A model generated the notes under the pieces. It was not told the DNA's origin. It saw nothing but the letters and a program-made list of their open reading frames with translations, and did not search any database. From contig NC_092672.1 of NCBI RefSeq assembly GCF_964355755.1, positions 32,618,437 to 32,682,436 of the forward strand: a stretch of 64,000 nucleotides of DNA. The letters are read 5' to 3'. The position numbers were made by a program, and so were the translations under genes. This stretch comes from Antedon mediterranea. Taxonomy: Eukaryota; Animalia; Echinodermata. Of the stretch, positions 1 to 14,200 are shown one piece after another (position 1 is the stretch's first letter; each line of letters begins with the position of its first letter).

Positions 1-904
1 GACGTAGGCGCGCACAACGCAAAAGAATTGACCAATCAAAAGCGATGGATTATTCCAAATTGTGATTGGCCAATTCGCTTGCTTCACAATGCAACGACGT
101 AGGGAAGAGACTTGAAACTTTTCGAGCCACTATATTTGATAAAATAAATTGTCGTGATTGGTCAAAATACGTGCGGTGGGCGGTTCATTGATTGGTTCAA
201 CACAAAACAACGTAAGGCACCGTAAGGGATTTGACCAATCACAAGCGATGATTTATTTGGATTTGAATGTCTCTTTTCATTGGTCAACTCGTGGGAATCA
301 AGTTTTAGGAGTTAAACATAGCAGATAAGTCAATAATTCACAACGGTGAATAAGTTTTAATTGCTAAGATTTTTTTCATTTTCATCATTAAATAAACATT
401 TAAATATTTATTTGAGCAATATTCTATTAAAATCAATACAAACATCAACTTGTATACGTGCATTACATTAATAGGAAACATCTCTAAACAATTATTTTGA
501 AATGTCTATAAGACAGCATCAAAAAAGATTGTCACATGTGATACTGTATTTATGAATTTGCCTATAACAAGAAAGCAATATTATGACACTTGACTAGATA
601 CACAGGATGAAAAAGAACCCTAACACCATTACCATTCATTACTGTTGTGCTGTTTCCATGTAGGCTTAATTCATTTATTGCAAAAAAAATTGTAATTAAA
701 AAAAGTATTATTATAGCGGATTTATAATTTAAATTGTCATAACTTGTTGTCATTGTTTGTGTAACTAACTAATTGTGAGCAAATGTATGTCAACATGAAT
801 TTACCTTTGAACAAATAAAATGAAATATGAAAACTGTTGATGAATGAAATTTCAGAAATGTATGAAATTAGTATTATATTGGCAGATGACAGTTACAGTG
901 CTCA

Positions 905-1068
905 AAGCTCTGTTCACACCATCAAACTAGTTTGACAAAAAAAAGTGTGAAATGCCCAAATATGGTAGTGATATACCCAACTATGGTATGGTAGTGATAT
1001 GACATCATTATGTCCATATGTAGGCAGATCACATTTTTTTGTCACATGATAGTGTAGAGAAAGCTTTA
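905..1068. mobile_element. short palindromic MITE (aagctctgtctacactatcaaac family)
   Basis: Imperfect terminal inverted repeats. Related copies at about 7046-7172 and 16671-16796, plus a split copy at 2397-2463 and 5316-5407. Confidence 0.7.
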
Positions 1069-1606
1069 GTTCAGCCAATCAAATAATCCTTATAATATTA
1101 ATAATCAGCCTCTTTCACAAACATTAAATATATTAATTAATAGAAAAATAAAGAAAATAAAAGAAGTGATTTCTATTAATTATTTACAATAAATGTACCC
1201 TCATTCGTATTAAACATATTGTACTATAATTATCTAAATCTAGTACTGCATGTGCAAAATGTATTAAAAAATATAATCAAAATTTAAACAATTCTGTAAC
1301 ACATTCACTTTAAGGTAAGAAGATGATGAGACAATCATATAAATTGAATGTGGCAAAATTAGGATTTGATGGTAAATCAAAAAGTCATTAATTTCAATTT
1401 CAGGACTTGATTGGCAAAAGTCTTGTTGGCAAAAGAGCAATTAGTGGATAGGGAAGTGAGCCTAATATGGGCCAGGTAAAAAGCTTTGGGAGTAGACATA
1501 CATTGATAAAAGGGGTAGGGATGACCATATGTGGACAGTGGCAAGTGGACAGATGGTAGCCAGTGGTGTAACGCAGGGAACAAAGGCCCCTGGTTTAGCA
1601 CTGCTA

Positions 1607-1752
1607 AAGCTTGGTTCCTAGGACACAACGCAATGACATTTGACAGTTGACCAATGACAAGCGACAGTTTCAATAATTCATTGCTTCTGATTGGTCTAAT
1701 CCCTTACGTTGCGTTACGTCGTCGTGTTGCATCCCTAGTGGGTACCACGCAT
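1607..1752. mobile_element. small MITE-like element with internal CCAAT/ATTGG inverted motifs
   Basis: Ends aagcttggttcc...ctagtgggtaccacgc; a similar sequence lies at 1-300. Confidence 0.4.
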
Positions 1753-2205
1753 AAGGGGTCCGCTCCAACACTAGGTAGTTGCATTGGACTTTCATAATCT
1801 GGGGCCACTAGGTTTAGCCATCGAGTGCTCAAAGCCGTTACGACACTGGTGGTAGCGTAGTTTATAGTAAAAGATCAGGTGGCTGGATGGTAACATTAAC
1901 CACATGAAAAACATGGCCTTATTTGGGCCTATGGTAATAAAAGAACAGGTGGTAGCAGAGTTTATGGTAAATAAAAAGGTGGTTGGAGGTACCAATGACT
2001 TTGGTTGGTAAAAACACCAGAAGGTGTGGCAGCACTGGACAAGTTTTAGGAATATGGTCATTTGGTATAGGCTGTTCGTAAAGAACAGAATTGGTGGTAG
2101 AAGATACAGGCTCATATTTTTTACCTAGGCCATGAAATGGCAATCTCTGAGGAAGTCTACACCTGGGTTAACTTACCAGTGAATGTGTTACATGTATTTT
2201 GTTTT

Positions 2206-5200
2206 TTAAATTTTGTTGAAATAGTCAATTGCTTCTAGTTCTTTCTTGATTTTTTCCTTGTCTTCGTCACTCGGTTCAACCAACGGATGGCGGGGAGGTC
2301 CAAGGTCAAGTCCGGTGATGTTTGCTATAGTTTTGTTAACAGCAACATTTCCGCCTACAAAAAAAGAGATGAAATTGTCATACAAATCATACACTAAGCC
2401 CTGTCTACACTATCAAACTTTATATGACAAAAAAATGTGATGTGCCCATATATGGAAATGATGATTATTATTATTATTATTTATTGCCAAAAACCAGATA
2501 CAAACAAACAAAAACACAGAAACTAAGGGAGTAGGCAGGAACCTAATCACTATAACAAGAGTTCAGGTTCCGTACTCCCAAAGTAACAACAATCAATGAT
2601 ATATAATAAACTATATAAAAATATTTAAATAACAAATAGACGAATCAACAGTGTCAATATAAAATAAACGGATAAAATACATTATAGTCGATTCAACAAA
2701 GTCAATATAAAACATGTGATTTAAGTGAATTTAAAAATGTTGGAAAACTGTCTAAAATTAAAGAATTTTTAATCATTTCCGGTAATTCTTCCCACAACCT
2801 AGGGAATATGTTAATAGCGGAATGATGAAGACAATTGGTTCGAGCATAGTGATGAATGAACTTAAGTGTATCAAGGTGACGGCCATTAACAACTATAGAT
2901 TGACGAACACTACTACAATCAACCGTTCCAATAAGTGATTTACAAAAAAAGGATAACAGAAGATAATTTCTTCGATTAGATAGTGTAGGCCAATTTAGCT
3001 TAGTGAAACGTTCCTCGTATTCCATTTCACCTCTTGTTTGTTTAAGGACAAGCCTAGTAGCCCTTTGCTGGACTGCCTCGATACGTTCCGTAAGTTTTTT
3101 GGTTCGAGGCAACCACGCTGGGACACCATATTCAAGGATGGGGACAATGAGAGCTTTATAGAGTGAGAAAATAGCTGAAGGGGATGATCCTCCTGCAATA
3201 CTAGTAATAAAACCCAACATTCGATTTGAACTAGAAATAATTAAGTTTACATGGTCATCCCAAGTAAGTTCACTATTAATCGTGACCCCCAGATGACAAT
3301 GACTAGATACGGATTTAATAGGCAAGTCATTTATACGATAAACAGGTCTATACTCTTTCCTTGATCTTGTAATGTGGAGAACCTTGGTTTTATTTAAGTT
3401 AAGCTCCATTTCATTTAGATCACACCAAGAGGAAAGCCTGATCAGATCGCACTGAAGAACAACTTCATCGTCTACAGTAAATATATTTCTATAAATTATC
3501 GTGTCATCGGCAAACAATGCACATGGAGAAATAATAGATGAGGGAAGGTCATTTATAAATAAGTTAAAAACAAGGGGTCCAAGTACGCTGCCCTGTGGTA
3601 TGCCAGAGGTAATTGGGGATGATGGGCTAATGGATCCTTGATACAAGACTCTTTGGGAACGTCCCAATAGAAATGACTTGATCCATTTCCAGACATTGCC
3701 TCTGATATTGAAGTGACTAGCCAGCTTATTTAAAATAATGGTGAGGCAGTTTATCAAACGCTTTGGCGTAGTCGAGAAAGATAACATCAATTCTGGGGGC
3801 TTTAGTTTTATCTAGCGAAGATGCCCAGGAATGAGTTTTAGGTTGGTAAGTTGGGTAACACAGGAACGGGAGGGAAAAAAACCGTGCTGGACTTCAGTAA
3901 TTGGACAACTATAAGCAACGTGATCAGATATACTTGAAAACAGTATTTTTTCAAGCAGTTTCGAACATATAGGGGTAAGGGATATTGGTCTGTAATTACA
4001 AATTGCATTTTTGTCACCAGATTTAAATATAGGAGTGATATGGGACATTTTCCACTTAGCGGGGATTTCCCCCATACGCAGGGACAAGTTAAACAAATTA
4101 AATAATGGTGGAGCAATAAATTCGGAAGCAGATTTCAATATGTATGGATGCACGGAATCAGGACCTGGAGATTTATTAGACGAAAGTCCATTAATCACCT
4201 TCTCAACATTGTACACGTTAAAGTTAAGTTGAGAAAGTTCAGGGATTGGGACATTACAAACCGGAGGTTCACAGCTGGGAATTATGGGTGGGTTAAAAAC
4301 AGAAACAAAAAAATCATTAAATGAACTAGCAATTACAGGGTGTGACAAAACATTCACACCGTTAATATTAAAAGATAACGGTGCTGGTGATCTTCTACGT
4401 TCTCTAACAAAACGCCAGAAAGCTTTACGAGTAGTCACTTGTATTGTAAATAATTTGTTGACATATGAATAATACGACTTATTGCATAGACGCTTAACCT
4501 TATTACGAATAGACTTATAGTCATCCCATGCTGATACAGAACCAATACGTTTGGCTTTTCTGAACAGTCTATGCTTTACGTACCAACAATTTAGAATACG
4601 GTTTGGTAAGTAATACGTTAAAGGAAACTGCATGGTGATCACTGATCACTGGGTTATCAATGACATCAAGTGAAATTAAACGGTCTGGCCTGTTTGAAAA
4701 AACAAGATCAATTATTGTACCAGATGATGGGACCAAATGATTAGGCCTAGTGATTTCCTCAACAAGCTGAGTACAATTTAAAGCATTCATAGTGTCAAGA
4801 AAAATGGTAGGTATCGTATGTTTAAGATTCCAATTTAAATTAAAATCCCCAACAATATAAATATCATCATACTTTGGTAAGTGAGGTAATAAAGGCAGAA
4901 GAAAATTGTTACTAAAGTCATTCCAGAAGGAGACTGGAGAGTTCGGTGGGCAGTAACAAACAGTGAAAAGCATCTTATAATTGTCAATCGAAATAGAAAA
5001 ACATATAACTTCATGAGGACCAGAGTCCAGCAAATGACAATGAATTGGATTCAGTTCGTTCTTTATTGCTGCAAATACACCGCCTCCTTTCTTGTTGGGT
5101 CTGTCCTTTCTGATCACCATATAATCTTGAGGAATGCCCAGTGAAGATTTGAAATTTGCGCTTGGTAATACTCGGATTGTTTGAACAGTAATTGTGCGAT

Positions 5201-8200
5201 AAGTAGGCATGCTCCTCAACACTATGACTCCAAAAGAGCGATAAAAGGACATGATAAATATAAATAATAGTTATGCTCACCATCTTGAATGCAAACAAAT
5301 CCAAGCGAAATAAGATGTCATATCACTAACATATTTAGGCATATCACTATCATAATTTGGGCACATCACACTTTATTTGTCAAACTAGTTTGATAGTGTA
5401 GACAGAGAAGGAAAGACATACACTGCAGAAAGTAATAAAAAAATCATTCAAACCTCAAACTCTTCCTGGCTACAGAATTGATCCAAGGGGCAGTGAATAA
5501 TAAAATCATTGTTATAGCGAGAACTTACCATATTTCTTTAATACAGCAATAACTTCATTCATAAAATTCTATGAAAAATAAAATATAGGAATGTTAAATA
5601 TGCTGTATATATTCATTCATTATTTTATTTCAGATAAATATCAATTAAATTAAAATTGATCCAAAGGCAAAATACTGAAAAAACCGACAAAGCTGTGGGT
5701 ATCAGTTGCTGGATCTCAATACAATACAAAAAAAAAGAAGCAAAAAGCTAAATCAAAACAATAAAGTAAAACAGCCAGAAAAGTTAGCAGAGCTTTCGGG
5801 CAACACCCTAATTAATTAAAGCTACTTGGACAAAGATAGATATATTTTGTTTTATTTCTTTTATTCCTGTCCACTCGGACAGCAATAAAAGAAATAAAAG
5901 AAATAAAACAAAAGAGGCATAAGGCTGGTGAACAGAGGGTGGAGAACAAAATTAAGATATAAATATATATACCTGCTCTTTCCGTGCCAATTCTATGTTA
6001 CCGTCATCAAATGCTTTCAATAGTCTATTGACAACTTTTCCCAAGTAATTGTAAGTACTGATAAATAAAAAAAAAAAACCTGTACTAATATATTGAACCT
6101 TAAAATTTAATTATATTAACGTTAAAGATATATTGTCTCCCTAAAAATATTTTTTTTTTCAATTTTTTTGTTTAATATGCCATTTTAATGTCACATAATA
6201 GTTATTATTCACTTTGACCAAAAGCTGAATCAAAAAAAAAAAATTATTTACCTGAAAAAAGAAAACAGGCAAATAATGCCTAAATTGTCTGCCAGACAAT
6301 GGTTTTTGTTTAAAATTAACCGCCTCTTTTGTCTTTTTATAAGTGACATAATTATTTTTTTTAACAGAAGTGAATAACTTTATTAAAACTGCAAAATGGT
6401 CTATTTTAAGTCTTTGGTTAATCTTCATTTTTCATGTTTTTGAACATTTAAAGAATGCTTTGTATATATTTATGTTCTTGTTCATTGACTATGGACTTGT
6501 GCCGTTAAGTGATTGTTTTTATATTTACATACGTTATGTAATTATTATGTGTCATGAGGATGGGCGACTGTGACAGACCATGGAGGAAATATTCCTTTAT
6601 GGACAGACTTAGTTGAGTCTCTACCAATTATAGATATCCATTATCCATTTTAACAATCTTTTAATGTACAGATTTTATATACCTAACTTGTTGTGAATAT
6701 TTTATATGTTTATCTTGGTATTTTTTTTCAAGGGCCCTTAATGATCAATTCCTTTACTGGAACTGGATAGGCCACCTTCATCAAAAATGGTATTACAAAA
6801 TTATCATCCTCTCATGGTCTCACTATGCAAATAAGATAGATTTCACTTACCTACCAACGCCTCCTTTTACACCTAGCGTTAAAGATGGTAGAATTTGCTG
6901 AAATAAAAAAAATGCAAAAAAATAAGCCATAATTACAAATATATTTTAGAAAATACAACGGCCACATTGAGGTAAGATTTAGAAATTGTAAAAACTAAAT
7001 TCAGATATACTCAGGCAGTAGAAAGCAGGTTAAATAAAGCGCGGCCTACACTATCAAACTTTATGTGACAAAAAAATGTGATGTGCCCATTATGGATTTA
7101 AGCATATCACTACGATATTTGGAAACATCACACTTTTTTGTCAAACTAGTTTGATAGTGTAGACAGAGCTTTAGGTACTTTAACATAAATACAATACTGA
7201 TACAACTTTTTGACCTCTGACCTGACAAAAAATGTACAAATCAAGCCCGTAGCCAGTAGGGTTCACAGGTGCGAGCAATTGAACCCTCCCTGAAATACCC
7301 TATTTAAACCAGAGCGTATCCGGATATTCACCCCCTGGACATTTACCCCCCGGACAACTACCCCCCGGACAACCACCACCTGGACCACTACCCCCTTAGG
7401 ACAACTACCCCTTTAGGACAACTACCCCCCGGACAAATACCCCCCGGACAACTACCCCCTTAGGACAACAACCCCCTTAGGACAACTACCCCCTGGACAA
7501 CTACCCCCCGGACAATTACCCCCTAGGAACAATTACCCCCCGGACAATTACCCCCCGGACAATTACCCCCCGGACAATTACCACCCAGAAAACTATCCCT
7601 TTAGAACACCCTAACCACCCAGACCATTCAACAACCTGACTCTGCAACAGTGTATAATAGGAATTAATAACTATAATTTAATTCGTTACTTTGACGAATT
7701 ACTATTCATTGTTGTAAACAAAAGTAAAATATTGAACATAAATATAGCCTGGTATAAACTGAAGATTGTCACACATGATCATAGGATAGTCGAACGTATT
7801 ATATAGTACTCCCTGTATTTACTGTAAAGACTGGGTTCGCTAATAATAATAATAATTTTTGCGTCAGGACAATGCTTCGATAACCACTGGTCTTAAAAGA
7901 ATTAATTTTTGTCTCAAATTTGTCATATATGTATTTTTGTACACTTGAAGAATAATATCACTTTTGATATTTGACCTCAATGTTCACTCACCGAATAAAC
8001 GTCGATCTTTAAATAAATTCCCCTCAAATAAACGGTGACCATGTCACTCCCATGAAACATCATATGGAATAATCGGCGTCTATTTCCATTAGATTATACC
8101 CCCTCCCATTGAATAAACAACTTTCTTCCAATAAATGTCCACCTAAAAAATAAACAGCCCAGGCCGTTTTTTCAATAAATACGGTACTTTAAATCTAGCA

Positions 8201-11200
8201 CATCTAGGGTCTAGAATAGTCGGTTAAAAACGGGTGTTTCGAAACTAGAGACCCGAGACCAGAGACCAGAGACCCGAGACCCAATACGAAAAGGGAGACC
8301 TAAATATACGAAAAGGGAGACCCACGTACGAAAAGGGAGACCCCACTATACGAAAAGGGAGACCCCACTATACGAAAAGGGAGACCCCACTATACGAAAA
8401 GGGAGACCCTAATATACGAAAAGGGAGACCTAAATATACGAAAAGGGAGACCCAATTATACGAAAGGGAGACCCAAATATACAAAATGGGAGACCCAAAT
8501 ATACGAAAAGGGAGACCCACTATAAGAAAAGGGAGACCCACTATAAGAAAGGGAGACCCCACTATACGAAAAGAGAGACCACACTATACGAAAAGGGAGA
8601 CCCTAATATACGAAAAGGGAGACCCAAATATAGGTCTCCCTTTTCGTATTGGGTCTCGTGTCAGATCTCTGGTCTCGGGTCTCTAGTTTCGAAACACCCG
8701 TTAAAAACAGATGATTTCATTTTTACAGAAACCGGTCCTATATATTTGTCTACTTTTGGATGGGGGCGGTAGTTGACCGGGGGGTAGTTGACCGGGGGGT
8801 AGTTGACCGGGGGGTAGTTATCCTAAGGGGGTAGTTATCCTAAGGGGGTGGTTGTCCGGGGGGTAGTTGTCCGGGGGGTTGTTATCCTAAGGGGGTAGTT
8901 GTCCTAAGGGGGTAGTTGTCCGGGGGGTAGTTGTCCGGGGGGTAGTTGTCCTAAGGGGGTAGTTGTCCGGGTGGTAAACATCCGGGGGGTAACTGTCTAG
9001 GGGGTAGGTGTCCTAGAACCTTTAAACCAGAGACTAGAAGCAACTAGCCTAGATAATGGAGATTTTTGCCGTTTTTGTGGAACAATGTGCCCTTTTTAGC
9101 TTTGTTACCACTAAGACGTAAGCACAACAGAAGTAATTTTTTACCAGTCACAATAGTGAAAGATTTATTCAAACTGTCGCTTTTTATTGGTCAATTTGCT
9201 TGCATTGTGCTTACTTCCTTGCGTTGTGTCCTACTGGGAACCAATCTTTATGTAAAAAAAAACCACTGTAAAAATCCTGGCTACGGGCTTGCATATGTAA
9301 CGAACCCAACGAGTACGAACCTCATCAACAGCATACAACAAGTTATACTTGTCTGAAGACAATAATATGCAACGACTGAGGTCATACAGATTTTCAGAGG
9401 TGAATTTTGAACCTCGTAATGTCTTTATGTTAGTACACAGATTTAAGATACTTTCCAATGAAACTGAAATGAAAGTTGATAAAAAAGGAAACATGCTGGT
9501 GTGTGAAAAAAATGTTATCACATTTTAAGACAATATCTACATATTTACAATAATTGAAATAATGAATGGATTAACAAAATATAAAATTTTTTAATTTAAA
9601 ATAAACAGCAAGAATGTGAGACAGCGCATTTGTAGAACATTTACACTATTCTAAAATAAATGTGATAACACTAGATTAGTAGATTGTAATAAAACATGAG
9701 ATTAGATTAGTAGATTAAACTAAAACATGAGATTAGCTTATGATGAAGCATAGGATTAAATTAGTAGATTATGATAAAACATGAGATTAGATTAGTAGAT
9801 TATAATAAAACATGAGATTAGATTAGTAGATTATGATAAAACCATGGATTAGATTAGTAGATTATGCTCAAACAGGAGATTAGATTATGATAAAGCGTGG
9901 GATTAAATTAGTAGATTATGATAAAACATGGGATTAGATGTGTACTGTCTACCTCATCTCTTCCATAAAGAATATCAAACTGTCCGCCAGAATGAACCAA
10001 ACACCGTTGAAGGTCGTAAAGGTCATAAGAGGAATATTTGAGTCCTCGCATGTTAGGAAAGTTGACTACCTGATCCAGTAGATGGTTCATAGGAACTACA
10101 AACAAAATAAGTGCACCAGATACCATTATACATTAATTATGTGAAGTGTGTATTACAATTAGTAAAGGAGGGGTGGATATAAGAGATGGGGGTGAAAAGA
10201 GTGAGTTTAGTTGTAACAGAGCTATAAAGAGTTATACAAAATATAGACGTGAGACTTGTACAGTAATTGTCACAAATGAAATCACATCCTGCCAACCATT
10301 GGCGGTGAACTGACCCCTTAAATTTGTGCTTAAAGTCTTCTAATGACAGTCACAATTCTTTATACAGTATTACTCCCAGTATGACTCACAGAGGTGTTGG
10401 GAAGGGATGAAAAGTGTAGGGTTAAGTAGGCCTACAATCTATTATTCATAATGGGTTGCTATTGACAATGGGTTCTACATTCTATTGGGGATGTTCCTAT
10501 GTACTATATTATGGTTCTTCTAACCCCCAGTCAAACCAACACCTCCCGCCCCAAGACTATACTACATGTACCCACTTAGAGTATGCTTATGTTATAACTG
10601 TATATACTGTATTTGATAACACACCAGTGCGGCCAGTGATGGAAATGAAATTATGCTAGGTGGCAGCACAAAATTATGCCAAATTATGCATTTACATTTA
10701 CGGCCAAAATAGCATAAAAACAATGTATTAGAGGGCGGTGTATTTTTTTTTTCGTACCACCAAAGTGGTTAGCAAAATAAAAAAATTGATTTAGTAAAAA
10801 TTATGCTAGTTTTTTTAGAAAATATGCTAGATATGCTGAATCGTCTGCCATATTCTGTATCATTGGGTTTTTCAAATTATGCCAGATTATCTAGATTTCT
10901 AAAATTATGCCAGACAGCATAATTATGACAGATTTGGCCACTATTTACCACACGTGCACTGTGCACAAACCAATGATGCCCATGTGTCACATGTATCATG
11001 CAAATCTTTAGAACACCTGTCAGTATACATTTGCCTAGGTACTGCCCTCTATGGGCAAAAGGAAGTTACCTTACCAACCAAACAATAGAGGGTGCCATGC
11101 TAAAAATCAGATACATTACATTACAAAATAACAATAACAATCTTTGAAAATAGAATCCTCATTAAGTAGGCTTTGTATACTTACAATTAACACCAGTCAT

Positions 11201-14200
11201 GTTTGGGTTGTGGTAATAATATAGGGGTATTGTGGGAGCAGCATTGCTAACTTTCTGTAAAAATTCAGCAATCACCTCTGAAATAAAATTGAGATTAGAA
11301 ACTTCATACGATTAGTTTTACAATACGGGCGCTTGTATTGTATAGGTTAGGCGTAGAGGAGCTAGAGTCTTATATGACCACTATGTGGATATGATAGCTT
11401 CACATAGTGTCTGCATAAACTTCTATGTAGTTGCTGCAGTATTTAGAGTGGTTCATATAGCAAAATTACTTCAAAATCAATGTACCAGTGCAGAGCTAGA
11501 AATAATGATCCACTAGCAACCTTTTCTAGTTCTACAAAAATCTAACAAGCAATTTTGATTTTAAATAAAATCTTTCTAGATTAAACTGACTATTAAAAAA
11601 AAAATTACAACCAGAAAACATTAACACTGTGGTGACTTATTTCAAGTATTCACATGGAGTCTTACTTGGATTCGCTGGTTTAAAGAAAATTGTTGGGATT
11701 GTTGAAATAGCATCCGCACCGATGGCTTCAGAATGACGAGCCTACAAAATAACGATCAAATTATTTTACAACTTGACTATAATTAATATTTACTACCTGC
11801 AGACTTCTTCAGTATGATGACCTTGTTCCAAAACAAACTATTATTATTACATTATGCATATATCATATATTTGTATTATAAGGATGTATTGTCCCCCAAC
11901 AACATGAAAAATGAAGATTAACAAAATTTTGCCCTTTTGGTTGACCAATGGCACTTTAAAAGCTAACAAAAGTTGAAAACACAAATGAGTATGAGGGGAT
12001 TAGGTTTGAGCCTACTGCAGCCTGTGCCATATTGTGTCCTTAGGCAGGATGCTTTACTCACATTGCCTCATCCTTTGGATGGGATGTAAAGCCAATGGTC
12101 AATGTGTACATATAGTGCATGTTGGTACAATATTCATAGGGGTGTAGGAAATTACCTCCCGGTATGTTGGTACACTATTTGAAAACAGTAGGGGATCGTC
12201 TCCTTTTGTGTTGATCTTGGTAGGCGCTGCACTGCTGGCTGCCGTGGATGCATAGAGGGCCTATTCCGAATTTTCTCAGTTTGTATATCTAAACTTGAAC
12301 TAATATAGTAGCTGTATACATCATTATCATGATGATATGCAGATGCATTTATGCAGTGTATAGTTACTATAATCTATTCCTAACATTATTTTTTTCCATT
12401 GTGTATACTGTATTAAAATTTAAATTCATTCTCAGTCTTTGTATGACAGACAACCGGCCTTGAATTGTTTTATGTAAATTTCTTATGTGTATTGGCTTTG
12501 TCCCTTTTCATTGTCAGTATTTTTTTTAGTATTTTATAGCTATTTTTAAAATTCATTGTTGTAAATGGAAATTCAGTTTTACTAAAAAGATGATTTTAAC
12601 AAAAATACCATTAATAAATGGAAGAAAGCAAAACCAATGTAATGAAAATGCAGTAAGTGTACAGTAACGGCTAAACAATAAACACTAGAAAAACAACCGT
12701 TTTTTTTGTGTGTTTTACTGCAAAGATGATTTTATCAAATATACCATTAATGAATGGAAGTAAAAAAATCAACGTAACAAAAAATCAAAGTACAGAAAAG
12801 CTAAACAATAAACAACATTTATGGTTAGATTATGGTGTGACCTTTCCTCCATGGTGTGACCTTTACATTATGGTGTGACCTTTACATTATGGTGTGACCT
12901 TTCCTCCATGGTGTGACCTTTCCTCCATAGTGTGACCTTTCCTCCATGGTGTGACCTTTACTCTATGGTGTGACCTTTCCACCATGGTGTGACCTTTACT
13001 CTATGGTGTGACCTTTCCTCCATGGTGTGACCTTTCCTCCATGGTGTGACCTTTACTCTATGATGTGACCTTGGGTAGTGTTCCAATATGTATTCTTTCC
13101 TTTATTTTCCTTTTAAGGATCCCTGATTTCAGCGTGTTTTTGTGGTATTGCAATCATTTATGAACTAAAGAATGATCGCAAACAAAATATAAACTCACTA
13201 ATTCTTCCACTTCCTTCAGATTACCAGATCCAACTTGAACAATGATCGCCTTAAACCTTCATGGGACAGAAACCAGAAAATAAATTGAATTAATGCTTGA
13301 AAAACAAAGAAAGATTAGGCAAATATACTTGTTAAGCGTCACCGTCCGCCCTTCCCTGATTTTGAGCCACCTCCAGTTTTTTTTCAATGAAAAAAACAAC
13401 TAAAAAGTGTACATAGACAAATTTTATTGCATTAAATGGTTTTCTTGAAGTTGAAATGTTCATTTTAAAATGTTTATGATTGGTGTCAGTATATTTCAAA
13501 ATGGTAGCATGAATAAATGTACAGTACAGTAGTACAAAAAAAAAGTATTCAGAGGTTATTTAAGTATATTTTTCTATTTGGGCTTATAATTATATATATT
13601 TATTTTAGACACAGCACAAGTTTAATAGTGCGTACTATTGCACGCCATGTGACCCACAATCGTTCAATCAAATAACAGTGAGGGCGTGTGGCGCAGGGTG
13701 TTGGACGTTGGACTACTGATCGTGAGACCGAGGTTCGAATCCAACTCTTGCCACATTGCTTGTATCCTTAGGGAAGATACTTTACTTACGTTTGCCTCTC
13801 TCCACCCAGGTGTGTAAATGAGTACCCGGTTAGATCAAGACACAACTTTGCGCTGATTACTAGCTGCATTATGGGAGTATGTTTCCATATGTGTTTGATG
13901 CAAAAAATGACTGGGGTAATAATGTTCAGCGCTTAGAGAAGCTTGCTTGTAGAGCGCTATATAAGAATGATCTATTAACAGGAATTTATTTAGGTGTTAT
14001 AGTGATGTGATAACAAAACAATATACTATGTACAAACCTTCCGTCGGCGGCTTTAACCCATTTTTCGGCAACTTTTTTCCTTTCGTCTATTGTTAATGAC
14101 GGACCTTCTCCGGTGGTACCACAGACTGAAAATTCAAGAAAAAAAGTAATAAATACATTAGTAATCTGCAATTCAATCATGGTATGTAAATCTATCAACT

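Larger units (their letters stand above)
7242..9291. mobile_element. outer non-autonomous DNA transposon of a three-level nest
   Basis: Perfect 15-bp TIRs: caagcccgtagccag (7242-7256) and ctggctacgggcttg (9277-9291). Confidence 0.65.

Noticed and set aside
8368-8686. Short ORFs on both strands
   Set aside because: Translations of MITE internal repeats.
13682-13755. tRNA gene
   Set aside because: A and B boxes are present but there is no convincing cloverleaf, and it continues into a SINE body and tail.
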